Of a stretch of DNA of 28,707 nt, positions 7,048-14,541 are shown one piece after another. The DNA comes from a virus. Taxonomy: Duplodnaviria; Caudoviricetes. Position 1 is the stretch's first letter, and each line of letters opens with the position of its first letter. The position numbers and the translations under genes are program-made. The DNA is taken from the IMG/VR virus record IMGVR_UViG_3300020042_007322, positions 1-28,707 of that record. The stretch is one strand, 5' to 3'. Below the pieces are notes generated by a model that saw only the letters and a program-made list of their open reading frames with translations, made no database searches and was not told the origin of the DNA.

Positions 7048-7203
7048 ATGAGCCAATTTTTTCATTTAAAGCTATACCCTGATGACTTTCACCATGAAGA
7101 TGTATGGAATGAGATATGTAAGGTATGCGAAGCAGACCCTACGCATGAGATGTTAGTTATTACCGCTAAATATAAAGATGTATATACGGAGGAAAAGCTA
7201 TGA
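7048..7203 (+). CDS. Hypothetical early protein, 51 aa; not in ORF track
   Basis: MSQFFHLKLYPDDFHHEDVW...; GGAGGA RBS. Confidence 0.65.
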   Translation: MSQFFHLKLYPDDFHHEDVWNEICKVCEADPTHEMLVITAKYKDVYTEEKL

Positions 7204-7391
7204 ACAACAGAGCATTAGCAATATATAAAAGCGTATTAGAAGCTATGCAAGATGCAGATGAGATTGAGGGAGTTGAGGGCGATGACTATCTTAAACTTAT
7301 GACTGCTATTGCAGAGGAGTCTATGAGAAGGTTTGATAATTGCATAGATAATTGGGCTTCCGATCAAGAAGCCAAGACTAATTCACACTAG
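7200..7391 (+). CDS. Acidic early protein
   Basis: GGAGG RBS, ATGA overlap. Confidence 0.75.
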   Translation: MNNRALAIYKSVLEAMQDADEIEGVEGDDYLKLMTAIAEESMRRFDNCIDNWASDQEAKTNSH

Positions 7392-7402
7392 GAGGCAATG
7401 TA

Positions 7403-7609
7403 ATGATAATGCGATATATAAGATACTATGCACCTTTTAAGCGGTATGCTTGGTTAGTAATAGATGATAAAGATAAACACCATTGGTTTAGGTATAAATT
7501 AGATGCAAATAATTTTTTTAAGGTAGAGAGTGAAATGAACTATTTATTATTCGTGGCAAGATATCAAGCCATGATGTTTAAACAATCTAAACAAGAGGGG
7601 TATATATGA
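7403..7609 (+). CDS. Basic, aromatic-rich hypothetical protein
   Basis: AGGAGG RBS. Confidence 0.65.
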   Translation: MIMRYIRYYAPFKRYAWLVIDDKDKHHWFRYKLDANNFFKVESEMNYLLFVARYQAMMFKQSKQEGYI

Positions 7610-7728
7610 CACCAAAAGAACTTTTTGAGGCATTAGATAAGTTAGATGTAGATTATGAGGTCATGCAGATATTTGATGGCCTAAGAACAATCAATTTTAT
7701 GGTAGATGAGGAGAAAGGTGATGAATAG
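7606..7728 (+). CDS. Small acidic protein, 40 aa; not in ORF track
   Basis: MTPKELFEALDKLDVDYEV...; GAGGGG RBS. Confidence 0.6.
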   Translation: MTPKELFEALDKLDVDYEVMQIFDGLRTINFMVDEEKGDE

Positions 7729-7915
7729 AGAAGAGAAAGTTGAAGCATTAGTTAATCGTGATATGGATAACATATTTAACGATTATAAAGATTTGGAACG
7801 CTTTGTTGCTAATGTATTAAAAAATGGCTTTGAAGGATACAACAAATTATCCAATGAAGATATTGATGGAATTTATACTGATATTTTTGAGGAGGAAGAT
7901 GATGAGGAACAATAG
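7721..7915 (+). CDS. Acidic early protein (GxxG[YW] paralog family)
   Basis: MNREEKVEALV...NGFEGYNKLSNEDIDGIY. Confidence 0.75.
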   Translation: MNREEKVEALVNRDMDNIFNDYKDLERFVANVLKNGFEGYNKLSNEDIDGIYTDIFEEEDDEEQ

Positions 7916-8060
7916 GGATTATCGTATAGCACGATTGCATTTTTTACATGATTTAATGACTCAAATAGCAGAAGAAGAACCTGAGTTAATTAATAGCACA
8001 GATTGGCATACTAACAGAGATGCCATTAATCAAATGATTGAATTATTAGAAAGGGACTAA
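7899..8060 (+). CDS. Hypothetical early protein
   Basis: MMRNNRDY start after GAGGAGG. Confidence 0.65.
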   Translation: MMRNNRDYRIARLHFLHDLMTQIAEEEPELINSTDWHTNRDAINQMIELLERD

Positions 8061-8061
8061 T

Positions 8062-8367
8062 ATGTTATTAAAAGAAGAAGATGTAGATCAGTTTAAAGAC
8101 TTTATAGCTAGTTATGTAGGTATAGAGTTATTTGGTGATGCCGATTACACGATTGATAAGGCAGAAGCAGATGAATACGAAACGGAAGCTGATGATAAAG
8201 ATGGCGGAAGCGAAGAATTATATACTTCTATTACTATTGATTTTGCCATAACAAGTAATGGTTATAATGAGGATAGTTGGTGGGCTATGACGAGAGGTTG
8301 CACTAGAACTTTTTATGAAGAAGATTTTAATAAATTTTACGGGGAGGATCGTCATGCCAACATTTAA
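8062..8367 (+). CDS. Highly acidic early protein
   Basis: About 27 D/E in 101 aa; GAAAGGGA RBS. Confidence 0.75.
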   Translation: MLLKEEDVDQFKDFIASYVGIELFGDADYTIDKAEADEYETEADDKDGGSEELYTSITIDFAITSNGYNEDSWWAMTRGCTRTFYEEDFNKFYGEDRHANI

Positions 8368-8635
8368 TATTAATAATAAGACTTTTAGGATTGACGAAAA
8401 TGGTCAAGATAAAAAGTATGAAATTCAAGAATGGTGTTTATGTGGTGGTTGGACTAATACATGGTCATGGGAAGATGATGACGGAAAAACTATACCGACT
8501 ACATATGACTCATATGAAGTGGCTAAAGAAGAATTAGATATGTTTTTAGAAGATTGCCAAACTGCCGTTGATGACAATTATTTGGCAGATGTGCCTGACA
8601 GGGAAGAGTTTAGGATTGTAGAGGTAAAGGGATAG
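8354..8635 (+). CDS. Acidic hypothetical early protein
   Basis: MPTFNIN start after GGAGG; GWTNTW motif. Confidence 0.75.
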   Translation: MPTFNINNKTFRIDENGQDKKYEIQEWCLCGGWTNTWSWEDDDGKTIPTTYDSYEVAKEELDMFLEDCQTAVDDNYLADVPDREEFRIVEVKG

Positions 8636-8736
8636 CCATAAGGCTTATTTTAGCATACATTTATGACCTTGTATGCTTTGAAACCCTTGATAATACTGAT
8701 ACTCTGTGCATTCCATAATAACAAAGAGGAAAATTT

Positions 8737-9117
8737 ATGGTAGAACTAGAACTAGCAAGCACTTGCCTAGCCCTTGTATTATTTGGTGAAGCGGGTAGCG
8801 ATTTTGCTAATCAACAGGCGGTTTATAATGTAGTTATGAACCGAGCCAAGACAATAAGCAAAGTCTGTGATGTAGTTTACGAGCCTAAGCAGTTTGAATA
8901 TATAACCTTAATACAAGAAGGTAAAGCGAAAGAACCAACGCATATTCAATTACTGACTTATAAGCTACAAGCGGTTAAATTTCTAACGAAACAAAAAGGT
9001 TATACACACAATCCCGTTGGGCATTCTAAATTCTTTCACGATAGCAGAATACACCCAAAAGAGAATGTATTTAAGAAACCTTTGTTAGCCCAAGTCAATA
9101 ATCTTTACTTTTATTGA
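8737..9117 (+). CDS. SleB/Hydrolase_2-like cell wall hydrolase
   Basis: CLALVLFGEA (catalytic Glu), VVMNR, VCDVVYEPKQF, C-terminal xFY. Confidence 0.8.
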   Translation: MVELELASTCLALVLFGEAGSDFANQQAVYNVVMNRAKTISKVCDVVYEPKQFEYITLIQEGKAKEPTHIQLLTYKLQAVKFLTKQKGYTHNPVGHSKFFHDSRIHPKENVFKKPLLAQVNNLYFY

Positions 9118-9132
9118 TCTATCTTAGGTAGT

Positions 9133-9966
9133 TTAGATCACCAAGCTACCTATCTCTATTAACTTCTTTTTGAGGGATTGAGAGGCCTTAAATGTGCCTA
9201 CTCGTTTATGAAAATCATTAAAATCTTCGGAGACTGCGGGAGAGAGCCAGTAAGGCTTGCCTGTTTTCCTAGCGGTAGTCTCACCAACATGGGAGTGATC
9301 GTTGTCGGCAATGACGAGTCCATAGGGGAATTGCCCAGCTATGAACTTCATATTAGATGCGCTAAAGCAGATGTGGATAGAATACTTGAGATTGTTAGCG
9401 ATCATGGCTTCTCTGACACTAAGAGCGGTAGCATACCCTTCGCAAAAGATGGGGAGTCCCTTTGCGTTCATGGTGAGAGTTGCCCCTTTAGTCGTTTGAC
9501 CATACAGGAACTTCTTGACCCCCTCGTTATTGATGAGCTGACAACCCGTAAGTCGTTTGTTGATCCGCATGGGTATAACTAAAATTCGCTCATTATCCTT
9601 AGTCCATACATTACCTAACTCATCAGGAAATCCTTTTGAGGCTAGGTATGGGTGGGTTTCTTGTTTACATTGGTGCAATATCCAACCCGCCTTATCACTT
9701 GCTTTCTTAGCTAGGCGTTCCCGATCTTTATCCTCCTGAGCAGAACTGCGTTTTATTACCTCGAATGAGGCTGTTTTATTATCGTCAAACCAAATAGCTG
9801 GTTCTGACATAGTAGCCCAATTCTGAACGAAACCGAAGTGGCCTAGAAATTTATATGATCCATTCCTACTTCTTGGGTGGTCTTCTGTTGGTGTTCTAAC
9901 TTGTCTATGTGGTATGACACGATCTATGATGAGGCCATGTATCCTTGCAAAGTCTTCAAATCTCAT
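9133..9966 (-). CDS. TOPRIM-domain DNA primase (TraC/P4-alpha-like)
   Basis: YLASKG, LVIPM, CEGYATA, IADND and DFND motifs. Confidence 0.85.
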   Translation of the reverse strand: MRFEDFARIHGLIIDRVIPHRQVRTPTEDHPRSRNGSYKFLGHFGFVQNWATMSEPAIWFDDNKTASFEVIKRSSAQEDKDRERLAKKASDKAGWILHQCKQETHPYLASKGFPDELGNVWTKDNERILVIPMRINKRLTGCQLINNEGVKKFLYGQTTKGATLTMNAKGLPIFCEGYATALSVREAMIANNLKYSIHICFSASNMKFIAGQFPYGLVIADNDHSHVGETTARKTGKPYWLSPAVSEDFNDFHKRVGTFKASQSLKKKLIEIGSLVI

Positions 9967-11450
9967 GCTACTTTCCTATCTTTTTTATTAGCTTTACTAT
10001 AGGCAATCATTCTTGACTTTATCCAATTCATAGTAGCAATAGATGGTGCGTCTGTTCTAAACACTAAATCTCTAGGCCATACACCATACTTCTCTCTATA
10101 CTTATGGCTTGCCCAATTAGGACTATAGTTTTTATTCTTAGCTACATATAATAACTCAGAAAAGAATTGTTGTCTGCGTCTTACATCATCTCTACCATTC
10201 ATACCTAACTCGTGCATCTCACCCGCTAATGAACCAAATTGCTTTTTCTTCCTAACATATCCGCAAGAATAACATTCCTCTGATCCATGTTCCCATAATG
10301 CAGAGCATGAAGGACATTTAGCTTCCTTCTTTTCTCGTTCTGTTGGCTCTTTGTGAGCGTGTTCAACCTTGCTTTCATCTAAGTCTTTAACACCTTCTTG
10401 GTAAACCTCTTCCCATTCATTACGGAAACGAATGTAATTACCTGAGTGATCTAACCATAAGGCAAACTCTTTATCTTGATTGGGGCGCATCACTCTACCC
10501 ATCTGTTGAATATGTGAACTTAATGACTTGCTAAATGGTCTAGCTGACACTCCAATCATAACATCAGGGACATCAAATCCACGAGTTAAGATATCTGTAG
10601 CAATAAGGCCATGTATCTCTGTATCAGGTCTGCTAAAGTCTTCAATGACTTCCTTCTTGAATTCGCTTGTTTCTTTATATGAGATAGATACAAAGTTGTA
10701 TCCTTTCTCGGCAAACTGCTTAACTAAGTCTTGACCATGCGCTACTCCCGCACAAAATACTATAGTCTTGCGTGGCTTGCCGAATACCTCATGCGTCTTT
10801 TTAATCCATTCCTGAACGATATCACCTGTAATCCTCATGCCTCGCTCTGTCACGACATCAGGCGACCATTCACCCGCAATCTTCTTAGCGCCCTTCATGT
10901 CAATCTCTTTGGCAATATAAACTTTCAAGGGGGCTAACCATTTATTGATGACTAATGATTGTGTAGTTGATCCGCATACAACATTAGAATACAAAGTGCC
11001 TAAGCCTTTTGTAAATGGAGTAGCGGTTAAGCCTATGACTTTCAGCTTTGGATTGTTTTTGATTAACTCGTTGATCTGTTTTCGAGTGATGTGGCATTCA
11101 TCTATGATGAGGACATCCATCTTAGGAAAGTCTTGTCTACGCTCTAATGTTTGAGATGAGCATATCTGAATGAGTTCTGATGTATTGTATTTCCAATGGT
11201 CAGCTTGGTGGACACCATGATTGATATCATACTTCTCTAATCGTTGTGATGTTTGATCTACTAAGACGATACGATCTAAGATCATCGCTGATCTGTTATC
11301 TTTTTTTCTTGTAGCCTCCATTAGATAGATAGCTACTTCTGTCTTACCAAATCCTGTTGGAGCGTATAATAGTTGTGTTCTGTGACCCTCTTTAAATCCC
11401 TGACGCAATGCATCTATGACACCTTGTTGGTGTTCTCGTAGTTCTAACAT
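9963..11450 (-). CDS. Superfamily 2 DNA helicase (RadD/YejH-like) with Zn finger
   Basis: APTGFGKT, DECH, TATP, GFDVP, QMGRVMR, CPSC-CYSC. Confidence 0.92.
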   Translation of the reverse strand: MLELREHQQGVIDALRQGFKEGHRTQLLYAPTGFGKTEVAIYLMEATRKKDNRSAMILDRIVLVDQTSQRLEKYDINHGVHQADHWKYNTSELIQICSSQTLERRQDFPKMDVLIIDECHITRKQINELIKNNPKLKVIGLTATPFTKGLGTLYSNVVCGSTTQSLVINKWLAPLKVYIAKEIDMKGAKKIAGEWSPDVVTERGMRITGDIVQEWIKKTHEVFGKPRKTIVFCAGVAHGQDLVKQFAEKGYNFVSISYKETSEFKKEVIEDFSRPDTEIHGLIATDILTRGFDVPDVMIGVSARPFSKSLSSHIQQMGRVMRPNQDKEFALWLDHSGNYIRFRNEWEEVYQEGVKDLDESKVEHAHKEPTEREKKEAKCPSCSALWEHGSEECYSCGYVRKKKQFGSLAGEMHELGMNGRDDVRRRQQFFSELLYVAKNKNYSPNWASHKYREKYGVWPRDLVFRTDAPSIATMNWIKSRMIAYSKANKKDRKVA

Positions 11451-11488
11451 AATTATCCTTTTAACATCCAGATACCCTCTGGGGTGGG

Positions 11489-11788
11489 CTAAGCTTTTTG
11501 GAGCTTCTTATAATACGCAAGTTGTTTTAGTAATTCTGCATTCCTGTCTTGAAACATATCTCGGCTTGCTATGGCACTTGATTCACTCTTTTCTAATACT
11601 AATAATTGCTTTCTCAAGGCAGTGATCTCGTGCAATATAAAATCTTTTTCAAACTCAGTTGCATTCCATTGGTGAGAGGCAATAATATCTTTGAGATGAA
11701 TGTTCTCTTCATTTAACATGTCAATGACATCGGATAGTTCTAATATCCTATGTTCAAGATCAGTGTATTGGGGTTTATTGTCTCTCAT
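11489..11788 (-). CDS. Coiled-coil hypothetical protein
   Basis: In-operon ORF with heptad-like pattern. Confidence 0.7.
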   Translation of the reverse strand: MRDNKPQYTDLEHRILELSDVIDMLNEENIHLKDIIASHQWNATEFEKDFILHEITALRKQLLVLEKSESSAIASRDMFQDRNAELLKQLAYYKKLQKA

Positions 11789-11801
11789 TTATAATTGTAT
11801 G

Positions 11802-12224
11802 CTACAAACTTATTTCGGTGAATAGGTATGTAGGCACATCATAAAAATATTCCCCTTGACTAACTGCTTTGTTAGGTATCTCATGCGCTGATGAATTTTT
11901 AATCACATCAGTATCTATATACCAAGCTTTGCTCATACCCCTTGACACAACAAAATAGATTGTTCTCTTATCGTTGTTGAATAGTTTATCTTTACGCTTG
12001 GGTATATGGATAGTTTTAAACGGACAATGATCCCAGTCACGCATCTCAATCTCTGCGTAGCCAATAAGTTCTTTGTTCTTTTCTATGATGAGATCAACTG
12101 CGTATTGATCAGGGTTATGCCATGCATTCATATCCCATGTTGCTTTGATATATTTACTTACTGCCTCTCTTGCGGGAGGATCGCAGGCATCATGGACTTT
12201 CTGATTGAACGGCTTTGTTCGCAT
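11802..12224 (-). CDS. Putative PD-(D/E)XK-fold nuclease-like protein
   Basis: YAVDLII...YAEIEMR resembles a D...ExE/K active-site spacing. Confidence 0.5.
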   Translation of the reverse strand: MRTKPFNQKVHDACDPPAREAVSKYIKATWDMNAWHNPDQYAVDLIIEKNKELIGYAEIEMRDWDHCPFKTIHIPKRKDKLFNNDKRTIYFVVSRGMSKAWYIDTDVIKNSSAHEIPNKAVSQGEYFYDVPTYLFTEISL

Positions 12225-12417
12225 AGTATTCCCTATTCCTAATCCCTCTTGGCATAGGTGCTGGGATATTAAGATATCCTTCTGCTTCTAATTGTCTCAA
12301 CCTACGCATATTTGTAAAGCAATCTTTTGTAATCTGTCCTCTTAAAGCGCTTGGATTCTTTTGTATATAATCTAAAATCTTTTGTGCCATCTTCATGTCA
12401 TCTAATTTTGTATACAT
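12190..12417 (-). CDS. Putative winged-helix DNA-binding protein
   Basis: KILDYIQKNP...LRQLEAEGYL. Confidence 0.55.
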   Translation of the reverse strand: MYTKLDDMKMAQKILDYIQKNPSALRGQITKDCFTNMRRLRQLEAEGYLNIPAPMPRGIRNREYYANKAVQSESP

Positions 12418-12575
12418 TAAAACTTATTGCCTACTTCCTGAAATATTTTCTCGAATGCTGATGGATTAAAGTCTTGCTTGTTAAATTCAAACATGGTCTT
12501 TTTACCATTAGCGTGTTTAATATACCCCTTAACCAAAACATTTTCAACTATGATTGTTTTCTTTGTATCAGCCAT
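12417..12575 (-). CDS. Hypothetical protein, 52 aa; not in ORF track
   Basis: MADTKKTIIVENVLVKGY...; TAATG overlaps on both sides. Confidence 0.7.
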   Translation of the reverse strand: MADTKKTIIVENVLVKGYIKHANGKKTMFEFNKQDFNPSAFEKIFQEVGNKF

Positions 12576-12742
12576 TACTCACCTACCGTTCTATATGAAA
12601 CACCAAGATATATGTTTCTTACATTGTGTGGCTTGAGATTAAATGCTTTAGCTACTTTAGGAATAGGCATAGTCTTTAATGCCCTCTTGATTTCTATTAC
12701 TTGTTCAGTCGTTAAATATTTTTTGTGATATGCTTCGCCCAT
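12575..12742 (-). CDS. Small HTH protein, 55 aa; not in ORF track
   Basis: LTTEQVIEIKR...VAKAFNLKPHNVRNIYLG; GAGGAGG RBS. Confidence 0.7.
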   Translation of the reverse strand: MGEAYHKKYLTTEQVIEIKRALKTMPIPKVAKAFNLKPHNVRNIYLGVSYRTVGE

Positions 12743-12915
12743 TAGTATGGTGCCTCCTCGTAATCATTTGTATTAAACACTTCTTTCGGTGTTTTAGGTA
12801 ACTCTATCACATCTATATCGGGATGTGAATCTTTATACCATTTTGCTTCTCGTTTAGACCAACGATATTTCCTGATGATATCGCCATCATCAACAACTGC
12901 GTGTGTGAAGTTCAT
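12742..12915 (-). CDS. Hypothetical protein, 57 aa; not in ORF track
   Basis: MNFTHAVVDDGDIIRKYRW...; coupled overlaps. Confidence 0.7.
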   Translation of the reverse strand: MNFTHAVVDDGDIIRKYRWSKREAKWYKDSHPDIDVIELPKTPKEVFNTNDYEEAPY

Positions 12916-13085
12916 TGTGGGATTCCCTTATATGTTTTGTAATTCTTCCAGCTATCAGAAAGCATATAATCTATTGCCATCTTTCTAACGGGATTTAGCT
13001 CCTCAAAAGTAGTATGATACAACTTTAATTCTTCCGCAAGCTTCTTGGTTAAAAAGCCATCTTGTTTTCTTTTTTCAAAGCTCAT
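12912..13085 (-). CDS. Hypothetical protein, first CDS of replication operon
   Basis: MSFEKRK start at 13085 after AAAGGA. Confidence 0.7.
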   Translation of the reverse strand: MSFEKRKQDGFLTKKLAEELKLYHTTFEELNPVRKMAIDYMLSDSWKNYKTYKGIPQ

Positions 13086-13099
13086 ATGATCCTTTCTTT

Positions 13100-13416
13100 G
13101 TTTTTGAATATAGCTCCGCCAAGGGTGAGATGGACACACCTTTGACCCACATTGAGCAATAGAAGCTACCCAATACCAGTCCTACACAGAGTTAATGTTC
13201 AATCGACATACTGTTGGCAAGTCACCCCGTGGCAGTATATCTTGTGTGATACCCATTTAAGTTCACGAGGCTCGCTTGCGGGTGTAACAAGGCCTATGTA
13301 TTATTCCACGCAACCCATGTAGGTTCATTGATAACGTTTGGAGTACGGAAAGATGCGAATAGATAGGGGAAAAAAGAACGAACGTTCTCTTATCACCTTT
13401 GCATTCACATCTCTCA
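13100..13416 (-). ncRNA. Candidate structured ncRNA or long leader (alternatively replication origin)
   Basis: Several stems: 13351-60/13403-12, 13181-93/13312-23, 13205-13/13233-41. No credible CDS. Confidence 0.4.
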
Positions 13417-13422
13417 TTTATA

Positions 13423-13451
13423 AATTTACTCCTGTTTAAAACAAAAAGCAA
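13423..13451 (-). promoter_or_regulatory. Putative sigma70 promoter for leader and replication operon
   Basis: TTGCTT-N17-TAAATT. Confidence 0.4.
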
Positions 13452-13458
13452 GGGGTAT

Positions 13459-13494
13459 AAAAGAAAAACCCCTAGGTTTTAATCTAAGGGTTTT
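13459..13494 (-). terminator. Intrinsic terminator (possibly bidirectional)
   Basis: Minus strand AAAACCCTTAG-loop-CTAGGGGTTTTTCTTTT. Confidence 0.7.
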
Positions 13495-13578
13495 AAAGGT
13501 GCGAGGGACACCGAGGGTTGACCATTACGAGAGAGAGAAGCAAATGTAAAGGATCGTGTGAGGAAAGGGACTCACAAC
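13459..13578 (-). ncRNA. Candidate ~115-nt small RNA with three CU-rich (anti-SD) loops
   Basis: Bounded by a near-consensus promoter and a terminator, with no credible CDS. Hairpin loops are UCCCUUUC, UUCUCUCUCUC and CCCUC. Confidence 0.6.
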
Positions 13579-13581
13579 GAA

Positions 13582-13610
13582 ACTATAGCAAATCCGTATA
13601 TCTGTGTCAA
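13582..13610 (-). promoter_or_regulatory. Near-consensus sigma70 promoter
   Basis: TTGACA-N17-TATAGT with TG extension. Confidence 0.8.
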
Positions 13611-13622
13611 CATATTTGTAAA

Positions 13623-13803
13623 AGTTATATAGAAATAGTTGTATATAACTAAATGTTATATAGAATTAGGCATTTTTCATGGTTTTATGGAGGATTTTGT
13701 ATCGCAAAAGGCGCATTATATTCAATACAAACTAGCTTGTATGGAGTAAATTACATACAAAGGTGTTTGTATAGCAAAAATAGATCTTTTTTATATACAA
13801 AGG
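13623..13803. repeat. Array of inverted and direct repeats upstream of pqqA (operators or hairpins)
   Basis: TTTGTAT-N22-ATACAAA at 13696-13731 and 13766-13801; TTGTATG-N10-CATACAA at 13737-13760; GTTATATAGAA at 13624 and 13655. Confidence 0.6.
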
Positions 13804-13811
13804 AAAATATT

Positions 13812-13883
13812 ATGTGGACAACTCCAGCAGCTACAGAAATGCGTTTTGGCTTTGAAGTAACTATGTACGTAATGAACAAATAA
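13812..13883 (+). CDS. pqqA: Pyrroloquinoline quinone precursor peptide PqqA
   Basis: MWTTPAATEMRFGFEVTMYVMNK: 23 aa with the W-x-x-P leader and the E-x-x-x-Y core; AAGGA RBS. Hidden in the 3' end of track ORF 13653-13883. Confidence 0.95.
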   Translation: MWTTPAATEMRFGFEVTMYVMNK

Positions 13884-13909
13884 TGGTCATCGTAACAGAT
13901 TGTTATTAG
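13883..13909 (+). CDS. Possible micro-ORF MVIVTDCY coupled to pqqA
   Basis: TAATG stop/start overlap with pqqA; 8 codons then TAG. Confidence 0.25.
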   Translation: MVIVTDCY

Positions 13910-13925
13910 TATATAATAGGGGTCT

Positions 13926-14540
13926 ATGACCCCTTTTATTTCTCACAAACTAGATATCAATACGGAAGAGATAGCTGATAAAGTCTTTAGGCTTCAGAAG
14001 TATTGGGTATCCAGATCAAATGAATTTGCCTTCTATACGCTTGGAAGAAATGCTTACCTAGACGGCAAGACACCAGAATACAAACAAGACATTAAGATAT
14101 TAAATCCCATACTGCGTGAAAAGTTTGGCGACATATACGATATCATTATTGATTACTTATCAGATCAGTTCAAAGAGCCAATCAAGCTTAACTATTCCTT
14201 AGCTCACCCATCCTTTCACATCTTTGCTTCAAGCCCATTCCTGCTCACCCATGCAGGCCTTTGGCATAAAGACTACCCACATATTACATTAGACTTAGGA
14301 AATATAGATCCCTATGCTTTTACAGTAGCAATTAAACTACCTACAGGTGGCGGTGGCATGGACTATATTGAAGATGGAAAGGAAAAGTATCTGCCTTATG
14401 AAGAGAAAGAGATCATAGGCCATGATGGAACTGTATTACATAGGATTGCTGGATTAAAAGATTATGTTGAAGGCGATTACAGGATTACATTGCAGGGACA
14501 TTTAATACGGATTAATGGCGTATTGAATATGTTTTGGTAA
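13926..14540 (+). CDS. Putative 2OG-Fe(II) oxygenase (DSBH fold)
   Basis: HKD (HxD), FTVAI..P..GGG, distal LH and RITLQGH motifs. Confidence 0.7.
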   Translation: MTPFISHKLDINTEEIADKVFRLQKYWVSRSNEFAFYTLGRNAYLDGKTPEYKQDIKILNPILREKFGDIYDIIIDYLSDQFKEPIKLNYSLAHPSFHIFASSPFLLTHAGLWHKDYPHITLDLGNIDPYAFTVAIKLPTGGGGMDYIEDGKEKYLPYEEKEIIGHDGTVLHRIAGLKDYVEGDYRITLQGHLIRINGVLNMFW

Positions 14541-14541
14541 T

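Noticed and set aside
9178-12728. Plus-strand ORFs inside the primase/helicase operon, including 12474-12728
   Set aside because: Antisense to well-supported genes; three short coupled minus ORFs fill 12417-12915.
13263-13451. Minus ORF of 62 aa
   Set aside because: Its TTG start coincides with a -35 box, there is no RBS, and it overlaps predicted RNA stems.
13500-13575. CsrB/RsmY-like GGA-loop sRNA on the plus strand
   Set aside because: The strong promoter and terminator polarity point to the minus strand, where the loops are CU-rich.
13653-13811. N-terminal extension of pqqA given by the ORF track
   Set aside because: PqqA is ~23 aa and has its own RBS at 13800; the upstream part is the repeat array.
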